IMG/VR virus record: IMGVR_UViG_3300037067_006949
Span: 1-64,000 of that record
DNA length: 64,000 bases
Origin: a virus
Lineage: Duplodnaviria; Caudoviricetes
Strand: one strand, 5' to 3'
Shown piece after piece: positions 43,967 through 56,398 of this stretch. Below the pieces are notes generated by a model that worked only from the letters and a program-made list of their open reading frames with translations, was not told the DNA's origin and did not search any database. The position numbers and the translations under genes were made by a program. Every line of letters begins with the position of its first letter. Position 1 is the stretch's first letter.

Positions 43967-44808
43967 AATATCAATTTTAAGTGAGGAAATGCTATGGAAA
44001 AACCAGATTTTTATCTAGAAATACTAGAATTAACAAATGAATATGCTTATGCGATTATGGGCGGATTATCGTTTGGTTGGCATTGTGTCGCCAAAATGAA
44101 AGAAAATAAGGTTGAAGATGCGGAATGGGTTCAGGCACAACTATTGGGACTAATTAAAGATTGTGAAGGATTAAAAGTAAATTTTAAGTAAGGAGATAAA
44201 ATGGGAATGTTTGATACGGTATGGATTAATTGCCCTAGATGTGGCGAACAATATGAAGCTCAATCTAAGGGTGGGGGATGCACGTTAAAGGATTATAACA
44301 TTTGGGATGCCCCACAAGATGTTTTATCTGGAGTAAATGATACGTATCCGTTTGTTTGTTCTAAGTGTCATTCATCTTTTAGGGTTATATTGCATCCCAC
44401 CATTGAATTGGTAAACGAATAAGAGGATATTATTATGACAGACAGAGAGAAAATAAAAAAGGCTTTATCAAAAGCAGTTAAGGCTCTTTATTTTGATGAT
44501 AATAGTGATTATGGGGCTTTTCTTTGGGATATTGTTGGAATATTGGGTGGTGATGAAGCCTCTGATTTGTTAGGAGAAGATGATGAAAAGGCTTTTGAGA
44601 AATATTGTAAAGAATAAATCTGCTTAAAAGGTAAATTTTATTGATAAAAGGAGATATATCATGGGGATTATTTTTGATGATGATTCTGATGAAATTATGA
44701 GCTTTGAAGAATATTGTATGGAAGTATTGGATATCCCATACTATAACTTTCTCAACAAAGAAGAATGGGAAAGTTGCTATGAAAAGTACGAAAAATATTT
44801 AGAAAGAA

Positions 44809-45786
44809 ATGTGGGAAAAGATGCAGATTGAACGTGCGTATGATTTTGACGACATCCTAATTGTTCCAAGACACTCGAACGTAAACTCCAGAAGTGAAGT
44901 TGATATTTCTGTTGATGTATTAGGAAAATTCAAGCTGGAGTTTCCCGTTATTGCTAGTCCTATGCGCGGTATTGTAAACGCTGATTTTTGTATAAAATTA
45001 GCAGAACTTGGATCAATTGGAATATTGCACAGGTTTTATGATTCACAGTTTGAATGGCAAACTGAAGCTGAAAAGATATCTGAAGCAAAACTATTTGGTT
45101 TGTCTGTTGGATTGCATGATATTAATTATTTAGATTTTTTGAAATATAAACCAAACATACTTTTGATAGATGTTGCGAACGGATATACGCAATCTTTATT
45201 AGATTTCTGCAAACAGGTAAAAAGAAACATAGATAAAATAAGTCCAGATACTTTATTAATGTCTGGAAATATTGCTACAAAAATCGGAGCAGATAATCTT
45301 TATGATGCCGGAGTTGATTTAGTTCGTTGTGGTATAGGTGGAGGCGGATTATGTTCTACCAGGAACGTCACTGGCATAGGGATTCCTCAATTGACGGCAA
45401 TTGGTGATTGTTCGGAATCTAAGGCTTTTATAGTCGCTGATGGGGGCATTAGAAACAGTGGGGATGCGATAAAAGCTTTTGCTTTTGGTGGAGATGTTAT
45501 TATGATAGGTAGCTTATTTGGTCAGATATATGAAAGTCCTTCGCAAGATACCATATTTGGTATGTCTTCAAAAAAGCTCCAAGATATGCGATATACTCAA
45601 ACTAAATCTGTCGAGGGCATTGAAAGGGCGGTTGCAAAAACAATGTCGTTGCAACAATTCGTAGATGAATTTTCTTGGGGATTGAAATCTGCGTGTACAT
45701 ATCTTGATGCTAAAAATTTGAAAGAAGTAAAAACCAACGCAAATTTTGTTTTGGCCGGAAGTGGATCAATCAAAAAGTTAGATTGA
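44809..45786 (+). CDS. GMP reductase/IMP dehydrogenase family protein
   Basis: FDDILIVP; SPM; IDVANG; GNIAT; GIGGGGLCSTR; ADGGI; GM.S (start may be 44821). Confidence 0.9.
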   Translation: MWEKMQIERAYDFDDILIVPRHSNVNSRSEVDISVDVLGKFKLEFPVIASPMRGIVNADFCIKLAELGSIGILHRFYDSQFEWQTEAEKISEAKLFGLSVGLHDINYLDFLKYKPNILLIDVANGYTQSLLDFCKQVKRNIDKISPDTLLMSGNIATKIGADNLYDAGVDLVRCGIGGGGLCSTRNVTGIGIPQLTAIGDCSESKAFIVADGGIRNSGDAIKAFAFGGDVIMIGSLFGQIYESPSQDTIFGMSSKKLQDMRYTQTKSVEGIERAVAKTMSLQQFVDEFSWGLKSACTYLDAKNLKEVKTNANFVLAGSGSIKKLD

Positions 45787-45788
45787 TG

Positions 45789-45817
45789 TTGACAAAATTA
45801 GACTTATGTGGTAATAT
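45789..45817 (+). promoter_or_regulatory. Sigma70-type promoter
   Basis: TTGACA-17-TAATAT with TGTGG. Confidence 0.7.
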
Positions 45818-46938
45818 TAAAAAAGGGAAAATATGGAACATTTTCAATGTGAATGTGGTAACGATGATTGCGATTTAGAAATCTCTGATCAAGATTACGC
45901 TAGTGCATTTAAGTTTTATTTAAATGAGGATGAAAAACTAATTATATTGAATTCCAAATGCAAACATTGGAAAGAATATAAATTTATCTTGGGCGGAAGA
46001 AATTTCATTTTGGTTAAGAAAAATTAGGAGGCAAAGGTGGATAATAACCCCATAGATCAACAGCGATATGCTACATATTATTGTAGGGATTGCCCATTCC
46101 TAAAGGTTCTTTACCAATTGGAAGAAGAACAATATCAATTTGGTTGTGATAATCAAGAAACTTGTAAATATATAGAAAAGGAATAGAATGAGAAGCTATA
46201 TTGCCCCAATGGTATTTAGCCAGTCGGACTTTGTTGAACTGCTCAAGAGTGATCTTGGCGAGTTCATGAAAAACTTAGAATCTAACCGCATAGCCTTGAA
46301 AGAAATTTCAGGTTATTATTATGACAATTCTAAGTACAGATTTGCCAATATTTATGGTGAAGAATTTGAATTTCATATTAGTGAAGCAAGCACATGGAAC
46401 AATAAAACCAGAGGTTATGACAAATTAGGAATATTCTCAATAGTAATTTGGGACTATATCGGATTGAATGAAATATTTAAAGGCACAATTCCACAAGATG
46501 ATCGACAAGAGTTCATAAACGAAATGATGGAAGCTTCTACAAAATGGTCTCATGGCGAAAAAAGATGTAATGGTTGTGGGAAATGGATAAATTACAAAGA
46601 AAATATTTCGCATAGATATTTTGCAGGAGTTTATTGCCTAGATTGTTGGAATAGCAAATGGAAGGCAATTGAGGCAAAGGAAAACTATGACTAACTGGAC
46701 AGAAAGATTATCAGTTTTAGATGAAATCAATTATTGCCCTGTGTGTGGAAAAAAGCTTATAAAAGAAAGATATCGCCATAGTTATTCTGTCAAGGATGGA
46801 TCGGAAGTTTATCGCACAGATGTAACATGTCCAAACAATAATTGGTTGCGCACACATTATCATGACATTTATGATGATGATGGCAATTCCTGCATATATT
46901 GGTCGATTGATTGACATAAAAGTAAAATTTTAAGCAAA

Positions 46939-48156
46939 ATGGAGAAAACATTGAAGGTAAATGAAATTTATTTGGGAGACAATTTAGAATTACTTAAGCA
47001 ATTGGAAGATAATAGCATTGATAGTTGCGTTTCTGATTTTCCTTATAATCTTGGTTTTATGGGTAAAAAGTGGGATACGATTGGGAATTATTACCAGTGG
47101 TGCAATGATAGGGCGATTGAACTATTTCGTGTATTGAAGCCTGGTGCATTTTGCCTTATTTTTTCTGGAACTCGTACTCAGCATAGAATGGTATGTGGTT
47201 TTGAAGATGCCGGATTTGAAATAAAAGATCAGATTGATTGGATTTATTCACAGGGGTTTCCAAAGAATTATAATATCAGTAAGGGTTTCGATAAGAAGGC
47301 TGGAGCTAAAAGAGAAATCATTGGAAGAAGCAATAGGGCTATTGGTAAAAATCCAGTTGCAACAAGTTTTGCGGGAACGTCTACCTTTTCAGAAACGGCA
47401 GATGGCAGAGAAAATAGTAAATGGATTACTGCTCCAGCAACAGACCTAGCTAAACAATGGGATGGTTGGGGAACAGCGCTCAAACCTACACATGAGCCAA
47501 TCATGATGGCGCAGAAACCCATAGAAAAGAATTATTGCTATAATGTACAAAAATGGGGTGTAGGTGGCTTGTACATTGATGGTAGCAGAATTGAACTGAA
47601 TGGTGAGGTTGTTCCCATCAATAAGTTGGAAAAGTGGTCTGGTTTTGGAGAAGAGAATAGACCAGATTATGAAGCAACAGTCAATACAAAGGGAAGATAC
47701 CCTGCCAATACTATATTCGATGAAGATGCGGGAGAAATGTTAAATGAACAAAGTGGGAAAAGGCATAGCAGTGGAATATATAATAATCAAAGCGATTCTC
47801 ACGCAAACATGTATGGAATGAATGCCAATCGTGCTAATATTCAATATTCTGATTCTGGTGGCGCATCTAGGTTTTTCTATTGTGCAAAAGCTTCGCAGAA
47901 GGATCGTACAGAAAATGGTCAAATTGAAAATAGTCATCCTACGGTGAAACCAACGTTGCTTATGACGCACCTAATTAAACTTGTAACACCTCCAAATGGT
48001 ATTAACATTGACATTTGTGAGGGAACTGGAACTTCAATGAAAGCTTGTTTATGGCTAAAAAAGGATGGTTACGAAGTCAATCATATTGGTTTTGAAAGCG
48101 ATCCAGATAGTTATGAAACGGCTTTGAAAAGAAAAGAATTAAATACCATAAAATAA
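46939..48156 (+). CDS. DNA methyltransferase, N6_N4_Mtase family, with atypical motifs
   Basis: SDFPY; FMGKKWD; GFPK; GTALKP.HEPI; SRFFY; HPTVKP; DICEGTGT. Confidence 0.85.
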   Translation: MEKTLKVNEIYLGDNLELLKQLEDNSIDSCVSDFPYNLGFMGKKWDTIGNYYQWCNDRAIELFRVLKPGAFCLIFSGTRTQHRMVCGFEDAGFEIKDQIDWIYSQGFPKNYNISKGFDKKAGAKREIIGRSNRAIGKNPVATSFAGTSTFSETADGRENSKWITAPATDLAKQWDGWGTALKPTHEPIMMAQKPIEKNYCYNVQKWGVGGLYIDGSRIELNGEVVPINKLEKWSGFGEENRPDYEATVNTKGRYPANTIFDEDAGEMLNEQSGKRHSSGIYNNQSDSHANMYGMNANRANIQYSDSGGASRFFYCAKASQKDRTENGQIENSHPTVKPTLLMTHLIKLVTPPNGINIDICEGTGTSMKACLWLKKDGYEVNHIGFESDPDSYETALKRKELNTIK

Positions 48157-50458
48157 CAGTTTTAAGTAGGTTTATAATAGGTGGCAACAGAAAAGGTAAA
48201 GGTTATGGTGATGGAAATCAATTATAAAATAGATTATGAAAAATGCCTAAAGAATAATTTTAGGAATGACGTAGCAAAGGCGGTAAGATTTTGTCTAAAT
48301 CAAGGAGAAGAGTTTAAATATTCTGTTGACGATTTTGGCGGTTTTATCTTATATCCCCATGCTTTGAATCCGTTCTTGAAAGTCATGGAAACTCTAAAAG
48401 AATCAAAGAACATTGTAATTTTACCAAGCTTTAACAATGATTCTAATGAAGAATTGAATGCTCCGGCGTATTTGATATTGAAGATTGGCGGAGATGGATT
48501 TGTAACAAATATTGTTACAACAAATATGTAATTAAAAAATAGGTTGCCACCTATTCTAAATTTATAGGAGAATAATGACAAAAACTGAATATTGGAAGGT
48601 TATGGCAAAGAACTCTCTTGATGATCCGTTTTGGGGAACGTCAGACAGAATCCAAAATGAACGACTTGCTTACGACTTGTATTTTGAATTTTTAGATAGA
48701 TTCAAATATTTAAAAATGATTCACTATATATCCGCAGAAGATGTTGTTATAGCAAATTATAATATGGAGGGAAATGAAGCGAATTAAATCAATTTCAAAG
48801 TTTTCAAAAGAACTTACTGAATCTATTAATAAACTTGACGAAAATAAATTAGATGAATTGATCAAAGATAGTGCAGAAACCGCAAACTCAGATGATTGGT
48901 GGGTGGAAAAGCGGATTGCGGAGATAGTTTGGGAAATCGCCATGAATGAGAAGAACATTAGAGAGGATGCAATTGCGTATTCATGAACGGTTTGATTACA
49001 TAAAAGAGAGATTCTATTAGGTTTTTAAGGAGAAACAATGAAACATTTTGAAGAAGAAGGGCTGTATGCTGAAGTTAAGGATGACAAATTAATTATTTCA
49101 ATTCCATTAGATGTTCTTGAAGCATCTCAAAAATTTAGAGATAATGTAACTTATAATATTATTGATAAAGACGCTATGGGTGCTTATTTTGCAGATGAAA
49201 TTTGTTGGCATGCAGATAGTGTTGGCGATGAAGAAGTTGGAGCTAGTGTTCTTACAAACCTGATTGATGAAATATTTGATTATGCTTATGAATATGGTGA
49301 GACCTGGTTGGAGAATCCAGATTATGATGAGAATGGCGAAAGTTATGAGTGAATAATGAAAAATATTAATGAAGAATTTGGAAAAGAATTTTCAAAATTA
49401 ATGAAAGATGGTAATGATTCTTGGCACGACTTATGTAAACAGGTTAAATTTTTGAATGACCTTCCAGAATTGCTTGATCTAGAAGTCTGCAAACAATTAG
49501 AAAACGCACACTTAGATATATATAAATCCGCTATTGAAGTAGCGGAGGTTGCATTGCAATCTAGTCGTTTATATCGAGATTTATGTATTATAAACGAATC
49601 TTTTACCGAAGACTCTGAAGATTCTAAATGACAACAGCATTTCCAACAGAGTCAAAATGTCCAGATTGTGGGCATTAGAAATTGAGGAAAAATGAAAAAA
49701 TATGAAATAATAGCCATTGTCAATAGCGAATATAAAATTTGTTTTAATATAGAATGTGATAATATTGAATATTATGAAAATACGCTTATTACTGATGGAG
49801 CGAAAATAATATTTAATAACAAAGAAAAGTTGGATGGTAATGTTGCAGTAGAAATTGAAAAAATTTATGCCACAGGCGAAAAAGAAATTAATTATAATAT
49901 TACGGCAAAAGATTTTTTTGTAGTTTCGAAACATGGGAAGGCCTAATAAAATCCGACTTTCATGTAAAAATTAAGGAGATAAAATGGAAAAACCAATTAT
50001 GATAGAATCGCCAGATTTATTATCATTACGAAAAATATGTCAAGAATATATAGATAATATTGCCAACAATGAATATATTGATGATGATTTTGGACACTAT
50101 GTTCTTGAATGCGCCTTAGAAGCATTTTTTGGAAAAGATGTTTGGAAATTCGTAAATCATAAAGAATAATAGTTTATTAAATTATAGAAAGCGAGATAAA
50201 ATGAATGAATCAGAGGCGTTGTTACGAAGCGCTTATCAAATCGCCAGTAGAAATGGTGAAGATACTAATTGGGAGGCGTTCAAGAATAGTCTAGAAAAAG
50301 AATTATTAGAAAGCAAGGGTGTAAAATATCCATGCGAGGACGAACAATTAGTATTAAGGGCAACATGCACCGCTAGGATTTATAAAATTTCTCCTAGTGA
50401 ATAACATAAAATGAAGTTTTTAAGCATAGAATCATTCTTTCAAACAGGATTATACGAG

Positions 50459-50679
50459 ATGTCTATGACAATAAGAGAGAATATTAATATTGGATCAACC
50501 TTTATGAAAAGTGGCAAGAAATACGTTGTCACTGGAATATGGTATGAAATGGGGGGGGATGTTCCATGGCGGTAGAATATGTAAAAGCCAATGATGACTA
50601 CGGATGTGCGTTTCCATTTAAGTTCGCAAGAGTTGTTTATAATGAAGATATTGAAAAATTAGAAATTATAAAATATTGA
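50459..50679 (+). pseudogene. Small gene frameshifted at a G8 tract (50551-50558)
   Basis: G9 or G6 would join the two frames into a single ORF of about 73 aa. Confidence 0.45.
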
Positions 50680-50714
50680 CAAAATATTGATTGTATGGTA
50701 ATATCAATATATAT

Positions 50715-50789
50715 GGTGAATGTGGCGAAATTGGCAAACGCGCCGCTCTGTGGATGCGGATATTGAGAGTTCAAGTCTCTTCATTCACC
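50715..50789 (+). tRNA. tRNA-His(GTG) with encoded G-1
   Basis: G-1:C73; GTGAATG/CATTCAC; TGGCGAAATTGG; loop CTGTGGA; GTTCAAGTC; own promoter at 50676. Confidence 0.85.
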
Positions 50790-50790
50790 C

Positions 50791-50819
50791 TTGACAAAAT
50801 GAATTATGTATGGTATGAT
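50791..50819 (+). promoter_or_regulatory. Sigma70-type promoter for the recombinase gene
   Basis: TTGACA-17-TATGAT immediately after the tRNA. Confidence 0.75.
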
Positions 50820-50856
50820 TATAGTATAAATAAGAAGGTAATCAAAGGAGAATAAT

Positions 50857-51753
50857 ATGTTCAAAGAAATGCAAGAATATTTTGACACATTAGAAATTGA
50901 TAAATCACGCCATACAGTAAGAAGTTATCGTACGTCATTGAATGTTTTTGTTCGTTATTTTGACATTCAATCTGCTAATGATATTAATAAAATTACAGAG
51001 TCAAATATTCAAAGCTATTTGAATATGCTTGCTTCAAAATCAACTGCTAAAAATTCCAATACCGCAAAAGCAAGTGCTAATGCAAACTTTCGTGTAGTTA
51101 AAGCATTTTTGAATTGGATGAAAACCAAGGGCTATATAGAGTCTTCTCCGGTTGGAACGGTTCATAGATATAAAGAAGCCAAGCACATTGGCACGATTTT
51201 CAGCAAAGATGAACGCGATAGAATCATTATGTCAACAAAGAAACGCCCAAGCTTGCAAATGATGATGACACTGATGTTTTATACAGGACTTAGAGCAGAA
51301 GAATCAATAAATGTCAAGGTAAACGACATTCAAAATGGAGTATTGAAAGTTCATGGCAAGGGTAATAAGGAACGCGAATTGGCTCTTACGCCATTTGTTA
51401 TCGGCGTGATCAACAATTATTTGAAGAATAGAATGCGCGATTCAGAATATCTTATCACGTCAATGCGTGGTGGGCACCAAATAACCACTACTTCGGTTTT
51501 GGAAAGAGTCAAAGTGGCTTGTAAAATGGCTGAAATTGACGAAGATAAAATCAACAACATCGGTGCGCATTCAGTTAGACGTAGCTTTGCTTGTTTTCTT
51601 TTGATGGATGGGTGGTCAACATTTGCAATCCAGAAGGCTTTGGGGCACGAATCCCCAATGACTACTGATCGTTATGTAGAACCAGCAAAATCGCTAACCG
51701 CAACTAAAGCGCTTTTAGGTCAATCCGCACCATCATGGTATAAGGAGAATTAA
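50857..51753 (+). CDS. XerC/D-like tyrosine recombinase
   Basis: S.HT.RSY; TGLR..E; GKGNKER; HSVRRSFA; LGH....T.RY. Confidence 0.92.
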   Translation: MFKEMQEYFDTLEIDKSRHTVRSYRTSLNVFVRYFDIQSANDINKITESNIQSYLNMLASKSTAKNSNTAKASANANFRVVKAFLNWMKTKGYIESSPVGTVHRYKEAKHIGTIFSKDERDRIIMSTKKRPSLQMMMTLMFYTGLRAEESINVKVNDIQNGVLKVHGKGNKERELALTPFVIGVINNYLKNRMRDSEYLITSMRGGHQITTTSVLERVKVACKMAEIDEDKINNIGAHSVRRSFACFLLMDGWSTFAIQKALGHESPMTTDRYVEPAKSLTATKALLGQSAPSWYKEN

Positions 51754-53461
51754 TATGCGCATCAAATACATTGCACATGAAATTGTTACAGAAGTTCGGA
51801 ATTTGCCATACAACATCAAAAATGTCTTTGGATGGTCAAGGGTATTATGGAACAATTTTGATTGGGATCATAATTATATGCTTGTAATTTTAGAATATAA
51901 GTTAAAGAAAATGAAAAAATATTTCGAAACTGCTAATTGGCTTGAAAAGGCGGAAAACGATAAAACGGCAAACGAAATTTCGGTTAGTTTAGATGCTTGT
52001 TCTAAACTTCTTGATGAAGAGTACAAGAATGAAATCTACGGAAAATTCTATGAAAAATATCCTATTTCTACTTTTGAAGAGTGGATTGACGAGCAGGGAA
52101 GAACTGTCCATGGAATGAAATCTATGGTTGGAGAAGAGAGAAGGGAGTTTACAAAAGCATACAAATTAGCTGATAAAACAGATAAAGAGTTGAGGCATCA
52201 ATTATTTGATAATATGAGAGATAATTTTGAGGGCTGGTGGGATTGAAATGAGAAAATATACAATTATTGATCCCGATCCTATGTTGCAAAACAACCTAAT
52301 GGCGTTTGGATTCGAATGTGACAAAGGTTGGCATCCAATGATCGTGGAACTAATGGATAAAATTCAGGACATTGTAGACGCTAATCCAGAATATTCCGAT
52401 TTACGAGTAGTTCAGGTTAAAGAAAAATTCGCCGGACTTCGTGTATATATGAATTATGATCCAAAGGAGATTGATGATTTAATTGATGAATACGAAAAAA
52501 GATCATACATCACATGTGAAGTTTGTGGTATGGAAGGAAAAGAAAGAGAAGACCGTCATTGGCACAAGACATTATGCGACAAGCATTATGAAGAGTGGAT
52601 AAAATAATTTAAATAAAATAGAGATTTTAAGGGAAAACAGTCATGATAAATTTGACGAGTAAATGGTTTATTGTGAAAAAAGAATATACTTATAGTGTTC
52701 CGCCTCTTTGCTATCAAACGAAAAAGGAAGCTCTAAATAATTTTGCAAATCTTAATAGCGAAGATTATGCAATTGTCAATTTAACCGATTTGAATGTATT
52801 GATCGAAAAAAATAATTATCGGTTATTTTACTAATCAGAATAAAATAACAATTTTAAGTGAGGAAAAATGAGTAAACAGAATTTGGAAGACTTACTTCTT
52901 TATGCGGATTTTGCAGACAAAAATACTAATGGTGTTTTTGGTATATCTTCAAAATGGCTTCGAGAAATCGTTGAAGAGATTAGGGGATTGCGAAAAGAAT
53001 CTGAACTTGATTATAGTGATATGCGTTCATTCCAAGCGAAATATATTGAATCTGATCAGCAAAAAAGAAGTCTTGAAAGTGCTCTGACCAAAATTGCATT
53101 TCTAAAAAATGAATGGGACGATCCACAAGATTTTATCAATGATTTACAAAATATTGCAAAAGAATCTTTGATAAAATGAGAATTTTAAGCAAGAGGAGAA
53201 TATATGTATTGTTTAATACAAGATGATGATGGGCATTGGTATGTTATTCCGGCAGAAAAAAGGCTAGAAACATATGATTATTTTGTAAGAGTGTATAAAT
53301 ATTGGGAAAATATGCCAGAAGACGAAGAAGAACCAATTGAACCAGAATGGTTAGATAGAATTAACACTGGCGTTTCTTACGTATGCTTCCCATCATATCA
53401 AATTGGAATCGGATAATTTCACATAGAATTTATGTTTTAAGCAGATTTTAAGGAGGTACAT

Positions 53462-54440
53462 ATAAAAATATTATTAGTTGATGTTGATAGCAAGATTCCA
53501 AATTTGGCATTAATGAAAATATCGACATATCATAAAAGCTTTAATAACCAAGTTGATATTGTAAAATTGGGATTTGACGGTTATCCAACGCATAAAAAAG
53601 AAAAAATAGTTGACGGAACTGGATACGATAGAATTTATGCCTCTTGTATTTTTACAGTCAATAAAGATTGGTTCAAGGTTATAAATTGCAACAATGTAAA
53701 GATAGGCGGAACTGGCATTGATTTGTCATATAACTTACCAGATTACGTTGATAAGTTAGAAGAAGACTATTCCATATATCCAGAAAACAATGATTCATAT
53801 GGTTTTATTACAAGGGGATGCATTAGAAATTGTTACTTTTGTTTTGTTCCAAAAAAAGAAGGGAAACTTTATAAATATAGAGATTGGAAAGAAATTGTAA
53901 GGCATAAAAATACCTATTTTCTCGACAACAATTTTCTTGCTTATAATGGGCATAAAAAAAATTCTCCAAGAACTGATTGACAACAAAATCCATTTTCAAT
54001 TTAATCAAGGGCTGGACATTCGTTTAATTGATGATGAGAATGCAGAGTTATTTTCAAAAACAAAATATATTGGAGAATTCATTTTCGCATTTGACGATAT
54101 AAAATATGAAAAAATGGTAGACAAAGGATTATCTATATTCAAAAAATATAATCCTAGAGATTGGAATACAAAATTTTTTGTTTATAGTCACCCTGATATG
54201 CCAATTCATGATATTATTTATAGAATTGAATGGCTAAGAAACCACAAATCTTTGCCATATATTATGCGAGATAAAGCTTGTTGGGAAGACAAAAACAATG
54301 AATTCTATATAGATTTGGCGGCATATTGCAATCAACCAAACATCTTTAAGAAAATGAATTGGCAAGAATTTTTGAATAAAAGACATACAAAACAAGATCG
54401 TATCAATTATAGCCTAAATTTATGGAAGGAAAACGTTTGA
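53462..54440 (+). pseudogene. Radical SAM protein split by an extra A in an A8 tract (53954-53961); apparent ATA start
   Basis: (I)KILLVDVDSKIPNLALMK N-terminus behind AGGAGG; TRGCIRNCYFC; DNNFL then FNQGLDIRL in the +1 frame. Confidence 0.75.
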
Positions 54441-54808
54441 TGAAAATATTTTTGATTTGTCCGGTAAGAAATGCAACAGAAAACCAAAAGAAAAGAATGA
54501 TAGAATATATTGAAGAACTTGAATCCGAAGGCAACAAAGTCCACTATCCGGCAAGAGACACAAAGCAGGAAGATTCAACTGGCGGTTGGAACATCTGTAC
54601 TACAAACAAAAACGCAATCTTGGAATCAGATGAAGTTCATATCTTTTGGGACGATAAGAGCACAGGTAGCCTATTTGATCTAGGAGTTGCATTTGGTGCA
54701 CACAAGAGGCTTGTGGTGGTCAATCCAGAGGCAATAGATACATCTAACACAAAATCTTTCCATAACGTCATTAATTATTGGAATAATTTGAACTCGCTTA
54801 AAAACTAG
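54440..54808 (+). CDS. Nucleoside 2-deoxyribosyltransferase-like protein
   Basis: KIFLICPV; V.YP; N..AI..SD; S.GS.FDLG.A. Confidence 0.6.
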   Translation: MKIFLICPVRNATENQKKRMIEYIEELESEGNKVHYPARDTKQEDSTGGWNICTTNKNAILESDEVHIFWDDKSTGSLFDLGVAFGAHKRLVVVNPEAIDTSNTKSFHNVINYWNNLNSLKN

Positions 54809-55580
54809 ATTTTAAGTAAAATGGAGATAGATATTGCAGCAAACAACTGGTCGTTTATATAAAATGCCGTTGCCAAAATTGAACTCAGATATGATAAATG
54901 AATTAATCAACATTTCCCAAAAATTGTGCCATACGGATATATCTTTGGGCGACATTGAAGGGGCGGATGAAGACGGTTATTATAAAGATTTATTTTTGTG
55001 CTTTTACATTTAAAGGAGAAATGAAATGATTTCTGAAAAAGTAAATCAGATTGATGTAAAATGCGCCTGTGGCTGTAGTACATTAGAGATTACGCAGTGG
55101 TATGAGAAAGACAAGGCGCAAGAAGTGTGGATTTCTAATAAAATGCGATCTATAAATGCATATTATCATCCTGGTTTTTATCGGTTTTTAGAACGAATTA
55201 AACTTATTTGGGCGATTATTCGCGGAAAAGAATATTATTTCTATGAATTGGATTTGAACAAGAAACAACAAATCGTTGATTTCAAAAATGCAGTAGCCAA
55301 ATTAGACGAAAATATTGAAGAATATAATAGAGGATTTTAATTAATATGAAGCATAGCAGTCGTGGTTTTAGCAAGAAGAAGTTGTTCCCAAATGCAGTTC
55401 GTATTACGAACGTGGAGGGGAAAAGGGTGTGGTCTTTTGACGGAAAGGAATACGTTTCCTTGCGATCAATTCTCAATATGGTAATTGAAGAAGTTGACAA
55501 GACTAAAAAGAAACAAAAGGATGGTAATAAAACATTACAAAAACCTTGACAAAAAAGCAATTATGTGGTAAAGTTAAGAA

Positions 55581-55701
55581 GTCTTGACACGGTGAACAAT
55601 CATGGGAAGAGGGTGGTGGGGTCGTGGTAGGGAACGCCGGACGACTAACTACTAGCAATTCAGCACAAGACATGTCGGAAATAAATGTGCGAATACCGAC
55701 A
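55581..55701 (+). ncRNA. Unidentified structured RNA
   Basis: Promoter TTGACA-17-TAAAGT at 55546; GUCUUG/CAAGAC closing stem; GUCGU/ACGAC; UGUCGG/CCGACA; GC-rich and intergenic. Confidence 0.5.
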
Positions 55702-56240
55702 ATTGACATAAAAAGTATATTTTAAGCAGAAAGGATTATATGAGGTACGATTTCAATTCAAAGGCTATTGATGATCATATTCAGAATCAGTTTGATAACA
55801 TTATGCATGAGGCGATAATGAAAAATGTTGGCACATATTGGTTTGCTGATTATTGGGCGAACAGTAAACTCAAAAGCTATAAACCTAAGCAAATTATTTT
55901 CCAGCCCGATCTAAAAACGACGGTTGTAATTTGGGAAGACGATTCTAAGACTGTTGTTAAATGTTCGGCAGAAGAGCAGTTTGTCCCAGAGATTGGATTT
56001 GCTATGGCACTGGTTAAAAAGATTTTTCCAAATCGTAGCGAATTCTTGCGTATGATTGATGGCGCATATGTACAACCAGTAAGGAATAAAAAGACATCTA
56101 ACAAAAGCGTTCATGTTGTTGCAGATGATAGTGCCTCCGCCAAAGAACTTGGAGATGCAATTTTAGATTGCATTCGTAAAGTTAGTTATTTGTAACCCTT
56201 GACATATTGGTTATTGTGTGGTAATATTATATTTAATAGT

Positions 56241-56382
56241 ACGCACCGCGCGATAGGGAAAGCCTAGCGGACTAGGGTTGAGGTTGGACAGATCATCCAT
56301 AATTCCTTTTAGTTGATATACAACTAGCGTCATTATAAAGTGGTGCGCGGTATATCCATAGGGGAGAATTAATTTTCTCCCC
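56241..56382 (+). ncRNA. Unidentified structured RNA followed by a hairpin
   Basis: Promoter TTGACA-17-TAATAT at 56199; CGCACC/GGUGCG closing stem; CCUAG/CUAGG; UAGUUG/CAACUA; GGGGAGAA/UUCUCCCC. Confidence 0.5.
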
Positions 56383-56398
56383 AAGCATCCATCTAAAT

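Noticed and set aside
39692-44187. Extra motif copies at about 39692 and 44170 (also 17911, 20732, 57502)
   Set aside because: Spacer is not 6 bp or an arm is degenerate, so they were left out of the count.
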